Source of the DNA: a virus
Lineage: Duplodnaviria > Caudoviricetes
Direction: 5' to 3' (one strand)
IMG/VR virus record: IMGVR_UViG_3300048886_000464
Location: 1-35,519 of that record
Length of the DNA stretch: 35,519 bases
Positions 26,504-35,519 of this stretch are shown here, one piece after another. The notes beneath the pieces were generated by a model. It had not been told where the DNA came from, ran no database searches, and saw only the letters and a list, made by a program, of their open reading frames with translations. Made by a program: the position numbers and the translations under genes. Position 1 is the stretch's first letter. The number at the start of each line of letters is the position of its first letter.

Positions 26504-27440
26504 CTACTTTTAGTTTCTCCAATAACTCGGCATTATTTATAAACTGTTCTTTAAGGCCATTCATACCCATAGCTTTAACACCTTCGTAGTCATACCACGG
26601 GCCTTTCTGGTTAATCAACTTTTGTTGTAAGGCTTCTCTAATATAGCTTTCTAATACATCTATGCCCCCATCAACTCTAAAAGGTACTATAGCATTCTTC
26701 CAGTTTTCGCCTCCCACCTTGCTTTTACGTAAACGTACTTCCATATCAAAACCAACCTTATTACCTTTGCCTTCTTCAATCCACCCAGACCTTCTAACCT
26801 GAAGTAAGAAGTGAGCAAAGAACCCTTGTGCCAAACCCCCAGGCATTGCGTCCAGGGCTACAGGGCCAATACTTGACCGTACCTGATTAATAGCAATAAA
26901 GGCTGACCCAGATTTAAGGTTAGGGAGAAGTCTAGGGAGGGAAGAATTCACAAACCTAGCTTGCCATGCCATAGGACTAAACTCAAACCCTTTCTCATTA
27001 TCCTGTACGTCAGATGGCACTAACCCCGCAATTGAATCTAGGACAATTACATCTACCCCAGCCCTCATCAGTTCTTTCGCCGTATCTAAAGCGTCTTCTC
27101 CACTAGTTGGTTGGGAGACAAGCGTATTAGCTGCATCTACCCCACACTTTTCCTGCCATTCAGAATCCCAAGAAAGTTCTGTATCTATCCATGCAGCAGT
27201 TCCCCCAGCCTCTTGTGCCCTAGCAACCACCTGAGAAGCTAAATAGGATTTGCCCACATTCGTAGGCCCATACATAATGGTCATCCGTTTCTTAGGTATG
27301 CCACCACCAGTAAGATTATCTAATGCTGGAATACCGAAGGGTATCCGTGTGTAATTAAAGGAATCACTATTCCCTCGTTGTAAATTTAATTTTTTATCCC
27401 CCAGTAATTGGGCGATTACTTCATCAGCCGTATTTTTCAT
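26493..27440 (-). CDS. recA: RecA/UvsX recombinase
   Basis: LDNLTGGGIPK, Walker A GPTNVGKS, WIDTE, IVLDSIAGLVP, INQVR. Confidence 0.92.
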   Translation of the reverse strand: MKNTADEVIAQLLGDKKLNLQRGNSDSFNYTRIPFGIPALDNLTGGGIPKKRMTIMYGPTNVGKSYLASQVVARAQEAGGTAAWIDTELSWDSEWQEKCGVDAANTLVSQPTSGEDALDTAKELMRAGVDVIVLDSIAGLVPSDVQDNEKGFEFSPMAWQARFVNSSLPRLLPNLKSGSAFIAINQVRSSIGPVALDAMPGGLAQGFFAHFLLQVRRSGWIEEGKGNKVGFDMEVRLRKSKVGGENWKNAIVPFRVDGGIDVLESYIREALQQKLINQKGPWYDYEGVKAMGMNGLKEQFINNAELLEKLKVDVA

Positions 27441-27603
27441 TTTTTATCTCTTCCTCCTTACACGATTCAGCCATAGCAAAACATATTGCTGCTAATTGAA
27501 TATAATGAGTATACCCATATAATTGAGCATCCCAGGATGTGTCTTGCCTTTCGCGTTCTAACAACACATCTTCTAATACTTTAACTCTTGCGATTTCACT
27601 CAT
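27424..27603 (-). CDS. 59 aa MazG-like protein lacking the central acidic helix (not in the ORF track)
   Basis: Manual translation MSEIARVKVLEDVLLERERQDTSWDAQLYGYTHYIQLAAICFAMAESCKEEEIKNEKYG; ATGA overlap with the upstream stop. Confidence 0.65.
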   Translation of the reverse strand: MSEIARVKVLEDVLLERERQDTSWDAQLYGYTHYIQLAAICFAMAESCKEEEIKNEKYG

Positions 27604-27824
27604 GATGTACTCCCTGAATCAAGCACATTCTCAATTTTTTCATCTACCGCTTCCCTAACCACTGTCCATACTTGGTCTAAAGTATTAGAGGCTTCATTCA
27701 TCTGGTCTTTCACAGACAATTCAGTATCTATATCCCTAACATCCACATCAATACGGCTGTATTGATTTGTCTCTAGTGGCCCTACCCTAAACGTAAACCC
27801 TAAATGTACACTTACCTTTGCCAT
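27600..27824 (-). CDS. Hypothetical phage protein (74 aa)
   Basis: AGGAGG RBS; beta-hairpin plus helix pattern. Confidence 0.75.
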   Translation of the reverse strand: MAKVSVHLGFTFRVGPLETNQYSRIDVDVRDIDTELSVKDQMNEASNTLDQVWTVVREAVDEKIENVLDSGSTS

Positions 27825-27833
27825 TGCTACCTC

Positions 27834-28421
27834 CTAATCCCAATCTATATAATTTTCTTCTCCAAAACTGCCAATAGCATCTAATTGATAAATAGCTAAA
27901 TTATAAGTATTGCTTTTCAATCGCAACTTATTGCGGTCATCATAATCTCCCGCCTTCCATAGAACAGCATCCTTAAAAAAAGCCTCTGGAGTCTTTTGTC
28001 CTAGCAACCAAATATTTTTAAGGTTATCATATTGTAGTGTCTTCCCTTTCTTTGTGGATTTTTCAAATTCTAAACTGACAAACATGTACAAATCAGGGCG
28101 TTGAAACGTACTAATATCATATATGGATACGTCATAGTCAGGTTTAGGTACTACTGTTCTACGCTTTGTTTTTATTTCTGTATTTACCCCATTTTCCAAC
28201 ACTAAGTCATAATGATATTTATCTGTAGACGTAGAGGTAGAAGTTAAAGCCGCATTCAAATGGGCGGCTACCGCTTCTTCTGCCAAAAACCCTGCTGTAG
28301 CTACGTCAGATAAGCCCCCACCTGAATTTTTAACTTGAGTACGTGAATCACTAAAGCTAACCTCATTAGCTCGTTCTATAGCCCTGTCTATCATGTCTTG
28401 TGTAAATGGTATTGTATACAT
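27834..28421 (-). CDS. Restriction-endonuclease-fold (PD-(D/E)XK) protein
   Basis: GFLAEEAV, YDLVL, EIKTK; GGAGG RBS, abutting the polA stop. Confidence 0.6.
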   Translation of the reverse strand: MYTIPFTQDMIDRAIERANEVSFSDSRTQVKNSGGGLSDVATAGFLAEEAVAAHLNAALTSTSTSTDKYHYDLVLENGVNTEIKTKRRTVVPKPDYDVSIYDISTFQRPDLYMFVSLEFEKSTKKGKTLQYDNLKNIWLLGQKTPEAFFKDAVLWKAGDYDDRNKLRLKSNTYNLAIYQLDAIGSFGEENYIDWD

Positions 28422-30404
28422 TTACACCTCCCAATCTATAGCTTCTTCTATTGTAACAGATTGAGGTATGTCTGTCAAGTATTTCTTAGTTGCCCAGGAT
28501 GGGTCACATACCTCAACGTCCACCTTGAGGGGAATCCCCAAGCTATTCTCTTCTAATATCCTTTGAATTTCATTTGGTACTTCACGTATTTCATTATCAG
28601 GGATTTCACAAATGATTTCATCATGGACTTGCAACAAGATACGACTCTGTTTGGTTTTAAGATATTCATGCGTTTTAATTATCCTCTCGTTTAAAATATC
28701 GGCACTGGTGCCTTGTACTAAGTAGTTGACACCTTTATAGGCTAAATCTTCGGGTATTATGTACTTCCTACCATACCGATTCTTAACCCAACCCCGTGTA
28801 GCCACAGTACGGGAGACTTTATCAATGAAGGACTTTGAACCAGAAATTCCAGCAAAGTACCTCTTTTTGTATTGAAATGCTTCCTTCTCAGAAACATTCA
28901 ACTGATTAGCAAGCCTTGCCTTCCCTATACCATAGATAACTCCAAACGTAATATTCTTTGCCATTTGTCTATAAAACTTATATTCGCTACTCATCTCATC
29001 CACATTGAAAGCAATCTTTGCGGCTTCCCCATGGAAATCTACATCTTCCCTTGCTAATAATGCATCCACCTCCTCATTATGCAAATAACTCAGAAATACC
29101 CTCACTTCCATCTGTGAATAGTCAAACGAAACTAATCTATACCCCTCTCTAGGGATGAACAATCTCCTAATGGCTACTTGGTGGGTATCGGTGGGGTCAA
29201 AGGATTCATCCCCCACAAAGCCCCAGGTGTCCAATACGTGGTTGCTAAGGTCTAAAGTACCTGTAGCACCCTTAGCCGCAATAATGGCCTGTATACGGCC
29301 TCTCACAACGTCCCTCTCTTCTTCACTTAGTTCTCTATCAAACAACTTAAAATGGGTTCTGGGGATGTTCTGGAGATTTGGTTCCCTAGAAGACAGTCTT
29401 CCTGTTAACGTACCCCAATTACAGTAGGAAGTATGCATGACAGGCATATCTAGATATGGTTCCAGATATGTAGACTTTAATTTTTCCAATGCCCGATACT
29501 GACGTATATACCCAGCTAGGGGGTCATCTACTTGAACTAAAGCTACCTCACTCCATGACTCCCTTCCTTTAGGAGTCTTAATGGGGGAATGTATACCACG
29601 TTCCGTTAAGACTTCGCCTACTTGCTGAGTACTATTGATATTAAATTCTCTGTCTGCTAGGTCATAAATCTTAGCTTCAACTTGTTCTCGTCGTTCTTCG
29701 ATTCTAGTCATAGCATCTGTTACATAATCAAGGTCAATAGCCACTCCAGCATTTTCTATTTCATATAACACTTTAGTTAAATCCCACTCTAGATGCATAA
29801 CCTCTTGCTGGTCAGTCTCTAGAATTTTTTTAAAGGTTCTAACGTAGAGCTTATGTGTCCAATATACATCCTGTTCACAATATGGCCCCAATAATTCTGG
29901 TGGTGCTAAAGAAAAGTCTTTATGCCACTTATTAGACCGTAACTCTTTCTTCGTATCTTTGTCATAAGCGGCGGCGGCTTCTCCATATATCCTCTGAATT
30001 GTGTGAGTTAGACCCAATTCTTTCACAGATGCTGGTTCAGTTAAACGTACCATGACAATTACATCAGCAAAGGTTACGGTGTCAGGCGGTTGATACCCTG
30101 CTTTCTCTAGAAATCTAAGGTCAAACTTAATGTTATACCCAACTAACATATCTGTCATCTCTAGGCATCTCATCAATCTACGTTGCTGCATTGGGTCTAG
30201 ATTATTGCCATTCTGATGTCTAAAGGGGAAATAATAGGTTTCATCCTTATGCCCCAACCCTACGCCACATAGTTGATTACGTCCAAATGCATCTAAGCCA
30301 TTGGTTTCCACATCCACTACAAGGTGGCTTGAAGCACTATGAGCCAAATCTTTTTCGATTTGGCCCACGTACTGGTTAAATTTAGATGTGGTATCAACTA
30401 ACAT
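28422..30404 (-). CDS. polA: Family A DNA polymerase with 3'-5' exonuclease
   Basis: Exo motifs DVETNG, YNIKFD, YCEQD; TGRLSS..PNLQNIP; motif A DYSQMEVR; motif B KNITFGVIYG; motif C QVHDE. Confidence 0.95.
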   Translation of the reverse strand: MLVDTTSKFNQYVGQIEKDLAHSASSHLVVDVETNGLDAFGRNQLCGVGLGHKDETYYFPFRHQNGNNLDPMQQRRLMRCLEMTDMLVGYNIKFDLRFLEKAGYQPPDTVTFADVIVMVRLTEPASVKELGLTHTIQRIYGEAAAAYDKDTKKELRSNKWHKDFSLAPPELLGPYCEQDVYWTHKLYVRTFKKILETDQQEVMHLEWDLTKVLYEIENAGVAIDLDYVTDAMTRIEERREQVEAKIYDLADREFNINSTQQVGEVLTERGIHSPIKTPKGRESWSEVALVQVDDPLAGYIRQYRALEKLKSTYLEPYLDMPVMHTSYCNWGTLTGRLSSREPNLQNIPRTHFKLFDRELSEEERDVVRGRIQAIIAAKGATGTLDLSNHVLDTWGFVGDESFDPTDTHQVAIRRLFIPREGYRLVSFDYSQMEVRVFLSYLHNEEVDALLAREDVDFHGEAAKIAFNVDEMSSEYKFYRQMAKNITFGVIYGIGKARLANQLNVSEKEAFQYKKRYFAGISGSKSFIDKVSRTVATRGWVKNRYGRKYIIPEDLAYKGVNYLVQGTSADILNERIIKTHEYLKTKQSRILLQVHDEIICEIPDNEIREVPNEIQRILEENSLGIPLKVDVEVCDPSWATKKYLTDIPQSVTIEEAIDWEV

Positions 30405-31096
30405 TAAAACAAATCGTCATCATCATCGCTAGTAGCAGTGGACACCCCAGCCATAGCTGGCATTTGAGCAGGCTGTCCACCATAACGAGACTTGAAGTAT
30501 TCCTTCACAGTTGGCAAATCTGCAATCTGTTCCTCTACATCATTGGGAATCTCTTCCTGTCTAGCTGTAGCGGCTAGTTGGTAGGAGGTATCAAACATGC
30601 CTGTGCCAGTGCGCTTAATTCGCATAACACCCTTGTCCAACCCACTCCAATCATTGTAAATATCAACTAATTGGTTCCACACGTAATCGCTACGTCCAAA
30701 CCCTAAGGAGATTATCCTGAAATCGTTGATAACTTCCTTATACATTTTCTTACCACCTGGGCCATTTACGACTTCCCAATCGTCATTACGCCGTTCCCCA
30801 TGAATCACTTCATAGACGAATGCCCAGAAAGCAAATTTATGGGAAGGACGTGCATTATCGGGCACTCCACTCTTGTCCACGTCAGGGTCATCTAGTAAAT
30901 TTACCCACCGACTACCTGAATTGTAGGTGTACAAATAAAGGTCATCTAGTTTGGAATCACCTTCTTCTCCTGTTGCTACGGATGTGAGGAAAGCTTGGTC
31001 ACCATCCCTAAACCATATTTCTCTACCTGGGACTCCACTGTTAGCCCCCTGCCCTTTATTTTCACGGGCTTCCTGAATTCTTCCTATTCCACTCAT
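30404..31096 (-). CDS. Single-stranded DNA-binding protein
   Basis: Acidic tail DDDDDLF, aromatic-rich body, IKRTGTGMFDTSY; lies between primase and polymerase. Confidence 0.75.
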   Translation of the reverse strand: MSGIGRIQEARENKGQGANSGVPGREIWFRDGDQAFLTSVATGEEGDSKLDDLYLYTYNSGSRWVNLLDDPDVDKSGVPDNARPSHKFAFWAFVYEVIHGERRNDDWEVVNGPGGKKMYKEVINDFRIISLGFGRSDYVWNQLVDIYNDWSGLDKGVMRIKRTGTGMFDTSYQLAATARQEEIPNDVEEQIADLPTVKEYFKSRYGGQPAQMPAMAGVSTATSDDDDDLF

Positions 31097-31110
31097 ATTA
31101 TTCTCCTTCT

Positions 31111-31974
31111 TTAAAAAAATGTTCTACTGTTTATAATACTTGAAAGTTCATCACTATTTCTTACATCTTGTACATCTTTGTACTCCTTCGGCAATTTCAA
31201 GTAGCTTACCACAAAACTTTTGGACAAGCAACCCATGGCTTTTTGAAACCCTATTTGCCCTGCTTCATCATTATCCAAGCATAACACTAATTCTTCGGTC
31301 TGTAAACCCAATGTTAATTCTTCCTGGGCCTTAGAAATAGAAGCCCCCAATAAAGCTACACTAGAAAACCCGTGTTGGTCTAACCACATAGTATCTAAAG
31401 TACCTTCTGTGATACATACAAACGGTGTTTTATCTGTGATTAAGTGTTGCCCAAACAATACCCGTGATTTCTTTAACCCTTTAGAATAGAGATATTTTGG
31501 TGTCATGTATTGTCTACGACTGACCCATCCTATTAAACGAGAGACTTCATCTTGAATAGGTATGATTAAACTGTTCTCTCCATCTATCCCACACCCCCAT
31601 TTTTTAAGGGTGGGTTTATTAAACCCCCTATCAAATATCCATTCGGGTACATACCCCCCTTTAAAGGGGAATACTATTTCAGGCATAATTGTTTCATCAG
31701 GGGCTAAATCATCAAAGAGATTAATGTTAAAAACAGATGTATTAGAAGCTACCTTATTTTGTGCCTCCTCATAACTAATCCCTAAATACTTCATTAAGAA
31801 GCCATATAATGTTCCTTGCCCACAGCCTGCAAAACAAATCCATACACCTTTGTCAGTGTTGATGGAACAAGAGTCTACAGTATCTTCATGAAAGGGACAC
31901 TGAAGTGTGAACTGGTCTTTATCAATAGGAACAATAATCCCTATATCTGCCAATACATTGGCCCATTCTATCAT
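31111..31974 (-). CDS. dnaG: DNA primase (CHC2 zinc finger plus TOPRIM)
   Basis: CPFH...CFAGCG, PKYLYS, ITEGTLD, LCLDNDEAG. Confidence 0.92.
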   Translation of the reverse strand: MIEWANVLADIGIIVPIDKDQFTLQCPFHEDTVDSCSINTDKGVWICFAGCGQGTLYGFLMKYLGISYEEAQNKVASNTSVFNINLFDDLAPDETIMPEIVFPFKGGYVPEWIFDRGFNKPTLKKWGCGIDGENSLIIPIQDEVSRLIGWVSRRQYMTPKYLYSKGLKKSRVLFGQHLITDKTPFVCITEGTLDTMWLDQHGFSSVALLGASISKAQEELTLGLQTEELVLCLDNDEAGQIGFQKAMGCLSKSFVVSYLKLPKEYKDVQDVRNSDELSSIINSRTFF

Positions 31975-33212
31975 TAGAAATCGTCTGGAGCTTCAGCGAT
32001 ATAACCAGTATTAACTTTCCAATCCAATATGGCTGTATTTAAAGGCATCACTCCATCTCTGTATTTTTGAAATGCCAAAAGTCTCTTCTCACTTTCATCT
32101 TCAATCATACACATAGACATGACCACATCAGAAGCCCTTAACAAAGCATCACCAAACGCTACTTGGTCTGGCATAGGGGGCATAAAAACATCAGCCGCAT
32201 CTTTGGTAGCTTGGGTAGATACAAACATAGCTGTATTTGTAGATAAACATATGTTTTTGAGTCCATAAAATAACATGTGCGTTTGTTCCCACATGGCTTT
32301 AAAGTTTTTACTTGAATTCGTGATTAAGTACACACCGTCAATCACAACAAAATCTGGGACATACTTCCTAATTAAATTATGGATACTTTCTAAAGAGATG
32401 CTGGATTCCCCCTCAATATGGTCACATACTAACAGAGGGACATCTTCTAAATTATGCAGAAATTCCTGATACGCCTCTTCATCAATAGGATTCCCATTCC
32501 TCAAATCTGTATGATAGAAGTTATATCCCATTGCTTTGCCCATCACTACATCAGTTCTCATATTCATTTGAGCGGTGGGCATCTCTGTGGAAATGAGGAG
32601 GGTTTTATACCCACTCAATGCCGCTGTCACAGCAGCTTGAACACATATCCACGACTTGCCTACGGAGGGTCTAGCAAACAGGGATACCATTTCGCCTGGA
32701 AGCCATCCAACTCCCAATCTATTAACGGACTGGAATGGGGTTGGTATACCCATAATCCCATCACCCATCTTACGTTTTTCCGTTCTCTTTTTCCATTCAT
32801 CATAACGAGTTTCTGCTTGTGTATTATAAAACAATACATCTTCATCGTAGATAACGGACACGTCTTGCAACCCATGATTAATGTTAGCTAAAGCATGTTT
32901 AGGATTCTCACTTAACAACTCTTTATTAGTTTGGAACACGTCTATAACGTTCCGAAACAAGACTTGATTTTGAAAAGTATCTATTGCATAATCTAAATTT
33001 AAGCTTTGAGCAGAGGGATTTAATGTTGGGAAGTTTTCACACAAGGTTTCAGGGGTGGGAACCTCTCCATAAGTATCATAATGATTGGTGAGGAATTTAA
33101 ATGCATCTGAGTGTTTTACAAAATCTTTACTGCTGTACTTAAATTTCCGAAAGGCGAGGCGGTCAGTTAAACCAAACACAATTCCCGATTCGATAAAGTC
33201 GAAATTTTCCAT
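31974..33212 (-). CDS. dnaB: DnaB-like replicative helicase
   Basis: Walker A ARPSVGKS, ISTEM, VIDGVYL, STQA, KYRDG. Confidence 0.92.
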   Translation of the reverse strand: MENFDFIESGIVFGLTDRLAFRKFKYSSKDFVKHSDAFKFLTNHYDTYGEVPTPETLCENFPTLNPSAQSLNLDYAIDTFQNQVLFRNVIDVFQTNKELLSENPKHALANINHGLQDVSVIYDEDVLFYNTQAETRYDEWKKRTEKRKMGDGIMGIPTPFQSVNRLGVGWLPGEMVSLFARPSVGKSWICVQAAVTAALSGYKTLLISTEMPTAQMNMRTDVVMGKAMGYNFYHTDLRNGNPIDEEAYQEFLHNLEDVPLLVCDHIEGESSISLESIHNLIRKYVPDFVVIDGVYLITNSSKNFKAMWEQTHMLFYGLKNICLSTNTAMFVSTQATKDAADVFMPPMPDQVAFGDALLRASDVVMSMCMIEDESEKRLLAFQKYRDGVMPLNTAILDWKVNTGYIAEAPDDF

Positions 33213-33227
33213 ATTTTCTCCAAAGTT

Positions 33228-33449
33228 TTAAACTTTAGATATTACTCGATTGGAAGCACCGTGAACATACACTTCTAAGTTATTGGTTTTAACTCTCTTA
33301 GCTTCTGCTAATGCATCATCTAAGTTTTGGAATGTTCCCCACACATGCAAACCACTGGTGTGAATATCTATGCTTAACACTCTATACTCTTCAACAGCCT
33401 GTGTCAACCTCTTCCGAATCAAACCCCCACGTCGATGATTTCTCTTCAT
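33228..33449 (-). CDS. Hypothetical protein (73 aa)
   Basis: ORF on the coding strand; GTFQNLDDALAEAK helix-cap pattern. Confidence 0.6.
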   Translation of the reverse strand: MKRNHRRGGLIRKRLTQAVEEYRVLSIDIHTSGLHVWGTFQNLDDALAEAKRVKTNNLEVYVHGASNRVISKV

Positions 33450-33981
33450 TCAATGGCCCCCCCAATAATTTTTCTCGTACCGTTTGGCGCAGCTTATATG
33501 CGGGTTCCTCTAAATCTTCCGTAATCTCTTCCATTGTCAACCCTTCTAATCTAAGAGTAATGAAGGCTTGCTCCTGAGAGTCTAAGCCACATTCTTGTAA
33601 AATTTCTTGGAATTCTACATCTATAGTAAAATCTTTCGGGTCAGTTAATGCTTCTAAGATTTTCTTAGATTGCATAGGTAATGAAGAGAAGTCTAGATGC
33701 ATATCATCTAAACTTTCTTCATATACATATTGAGAATTGCCCAAGAAGGTACGTTTCTGACTTTTAGAAAGGAGTGTTCTAATAGTATTAGTCATAGCAG
33801 TATGTAAATAAGTATGAAATAAAACTCCTCTATCTTCCTCAAACCCTTGTGCTGCTTTTACAATGGCTATTCGTAATTCCTGTGCTAAATCTTCTCTATC
33901 TAACCCCAAAATATACGTATTGGCTGTCATTTTCTGTACTTTAGGCTCCCACTGTTGAATTAACGCATCATTAATTTCCAT
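33391..33981 (-). CDS. Sigma-70 family RNA polymerase sigma factor
   Basis: Region 2 DREDLAQELRIAIVKAAQGFEEDRGVLFHTYL; region 4 HTH LRLEGLTMEEITEDL; AGGAG RBS. Confidence 0.82.
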   Translation of the reverse strand: MEINDALIQQWEPKVQKMTANTYILGLDREDLAQELRIAIVKAAQGFEEDRGVLFHTYLHTAMTNTIRTLLSKSQKRTFLGNSQYVYEESLDDMHLDFSSLPMQSKKILEALTDPKDFTIDVEFQEILQECGLDSQEQAFITLRLEGLTMEEITEDLEEPAYKLRQTVREKLLGGPLNEEKSSTWGFDSEEVDTGC

Positions 33982-33982
33982 C

Positions 33983-34171
33983 TTAATCTCCTAAAAACTT
34001 CTTTACTTTTCTTATTCTGGCTATTCCCCCAAACCCCAATCCCATAATAACAATTCCTAAAAGGACTATCCATTCAGGCACGGTTGTATAACGGCCCAAC
34101 ACAAATAACCCCACATCTTCCAAGAAGATAAGGGTAGTTAGTACACAAGAGAGTACTACCCACTTTTTCAT
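33983..34171 (-). CDS. Small two-TM membrane protein
   Basis: Two hydrophobic segments and a basic C-terminus; start at ATG 34171 or GTG 34177. Confidence 0.65.
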   Translation of the reverse strand: MKKWVVLSCVLTTLIFLEDVGLFVLGRYTTVPEWIVLLGIVIMGLGFGGIARIRKVKKFLGD

Positions 34172-34179
34172 GCCCACCT

Positions 34180-34596
34180 CTAGTCATTAGTGTATTCCCT
34201 AATTCTACTATAAGTATTCTTATCTTTACGCCCTCTATGAGAACAACTTAGACTACAATATATATTCTTATATTTACGCCTATGCTTTTGAATAACTTGT
34301 GCCCGTTTAACATAAAAATGCACATGACAAAAAGAACACTTCACCTTCAATCTATAATAAGTAAAGCGGCATGACTCACTACAAATGTTTATACGAGGGC
34401 CAACTGGCTCATTACATTGTTTGCATCTATTAAACTGTTTCTTTTTGGGAACGCTAGTATTTAACCCTTCTTTCCTAAGAATTTTATGGACGTATTGTTT
34501 AGATACGCCCACTTCAGTTCCTATCTGTACAGAATTCATTAAAGGGTTCTCTGTACGGAGTTGTATTATCTGTTCTTTACTAGACATCAAAGGCAT
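34180..34596 (-). CDS. HTH plus two zinc-finger DNA-binding protein
   Basis: SVQIGTEVGVSKQYVHKIL; CKQC..CSESC; CSFC..CSLSC. Confidence 0.75.
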   Translation of the reverse strand: MPLMSSKEQIIQLRTENPLMNSVQIGTEVGVSKQYVHKILRKEGLNTSVPKKKQFNRCKQCNEPVGPRINICSESCRFTYYRLKVKCSFCHVHFYVKRAQVIQKHRRKYKNIYCSLSCSHRGRKDKNTYSRIREYTND

Positions 34597-34792
34597 CTTT
34601 TTGTGCTGTAGAAGCCTTCTGTTGTATTTCCATAGTTGTCATGTTTTTAACGTCTTCTAACAAATACGCAGCTAAAATATCTTCTGTGAGGGCATCAGGG
34701 TGCTTCCCTTTCCCATCGGCTCTTTTAGGATAGTTTGCTAGAATTAATTCCCACTGAGCGTCTGTAAATTCTATAGTTACTGTTTTTGCCAT
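34580..34792 (-). CDS. Hypothetical protein (70 aa) after the tail fibre
   Basis: ORF begins immediately after the fibre stop; GGAGG upstream. Confidence 0.65.
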   Translation of the reverse strand: MAKTVTIEFTDAQWELILANYPKRADGKGKHPDALTEDILAAYLLEDVKNMTTMEIQQKASTAQKDAFDV

Positions 34793-34793
34793 C

Positions 34794-35519
34794 TTAATTT
34801 CCCTCCAATACTTCTATTCTAGCTTTTAGTTCTTTAATTGAGGCAACTAACGGAGCAACCAATGTCTCATACGAAATTCCCCAACGAGTCTCCCCTGCCT
34901 CATCAATTTCTTCAGAGTATACACCCAAATCTTCTGTATATCCAGCATCTAAAACAGCTTGTTTCATCGCTTGTGCAGTAAATCCAAAGTCTATATTTGA
35001 AGAACCCTTATGATTAAACGTGATAGGAGTTAAGCTAGAAATAAAATCTAAGCCTTTGGTAATTGGGGTCATGTTTTCTTTACGGTTTTCATCTGATGTA
35101 ACCGTAGTTGCGTATTCCGCATATAACCTATACCAAGGAACACTTGAAGAGCCTAACCACAAAGTACCATCAGTTTCTGGTCTAAGGTCATCACAGGCCG
35201 TAATTTGGGTGTTTTCAATCTTGAGCTTTTTAGAGCCTCCATAAGCGAAACATATTCCACCATCATAATACATCCCTGTATCTAAATCATTTATAAAAGA
35301 ATGGGAGGGGTAACTTGCAGAACCGTCATACGCCCGTAAGTAACTACCCTGAATATACGTTGAATACATCCAACTATAAGTTCCGTCAGAAGAAAAATAA
35401 GGCATGTAACTAGTGCTATTCATTCCCCTGATTACAAAATAAATCTTTGAATAAGTACCGTCTGAGTCATCATACCATAGGCCAGCAGTCCCATTACTCT
35501 CAACCCATCTAACTCCAGG
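34794..35519 (-). CDS. Tail fibre/spike C-terminus with a Peptidase_S74 intramolecular chaperone domain; 5'-truncated by the window edge
   Basis: The frame stays open from the track start 35423 to 35519. Fibre motif DGSASYPSHSFINDLDTGMY; S74 motifs TSDENRKEN, GFTAQ, ISYETLVAPLVASIKEL and a terminal coiled coil. Confidence 0.88.
   Translation of the reverse strand, partial: PGVRWVESNGTAGLWYDDSDGTYSKIYFVIRGMNSTSYMPYFSSDGTYSWMYSTYIQGSYLRAYDGSASYPSHSFINDLDTGMYYDGGICFAYGGSKKLKIENTQITACDDLRPETDGTLWLGSSSVPWYRLYAEYATTVTSDENRKENMTPITKGLDFISSLTPITFNHKGSSNIDFGFTAQAMKQAVLDAGYTEDLGVYSEEIDEAGETRWGISYETLVAPLVASIKELKARIEVLEGN

Noticed and set aside
20062-33212. Inteins or introns in nrdJ, terL, recA, polA or dnaB
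   Set aside because: Lengths are ordinary, motifs are contiguous, and no C/S...HN splice termini or homing motifs were seen.
34180-34596. HNH homing endonuclease
   Set aside because: It has the HTH and zinc fingers often found with such enzymes but no HNH catalytic motif.
206-35244. All plus-strand ORFs and the short nested minus-strand ORFs in the track
   Set aside because: They are antisense or alternate-frame shadows of well-supported minus-strand genes, and I recognised no protein motifs in them.
1-35519. tRNA/rRNA genes, integrase, transposase, or DGR reverse transcriptase
   Set aside because: None was recognised, and intergenic space is very limited. A tRNAscan/Infernal run would be needed to exclude small RNAs.

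Overview
A 35.5 kb piece of a tailed dsDNA phage genome (Caudoviricetes). Every credible gene is on the minus strand, and both window edges cut a gene. In transcription order (right to left) it holds: the end of a tail fibre with an S74 chaperone domain; small regulators and a sigma-70-type factor; a bacterial-type replication/recombination block (DnaB, DnaG, SSB, PolA, RecA, several nucleases, RuvC); small and large terminase; a class II RNR; portal; a ~1440 aa low-complexity protein; a metallophosphoesterase; scaffold; HK97-fold major capsid protein; decoration, holin-like and CBM-like proteins; and a prohead protease with a long extension. It ends with a >1236 aa ORF (2..3709) that the ORF track missed. 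The main observation is a repeated motif, an amphipathic helix ending in K followed by A/E/Q/S (e.g. IEKALLKLMK-AEE). It occurs 8 times in the missed ORF, separating largely dissimilar 100-220 aa segments. Variants occur in the 1440 aa protein, the protease, the scaffold and the N-termini of the portal and capsid protein. I infer a head-packaged polyprotein cargo system cut by a Lys-specific prohead protease. All product calls come from motif recognition by eye; no database searches were run.
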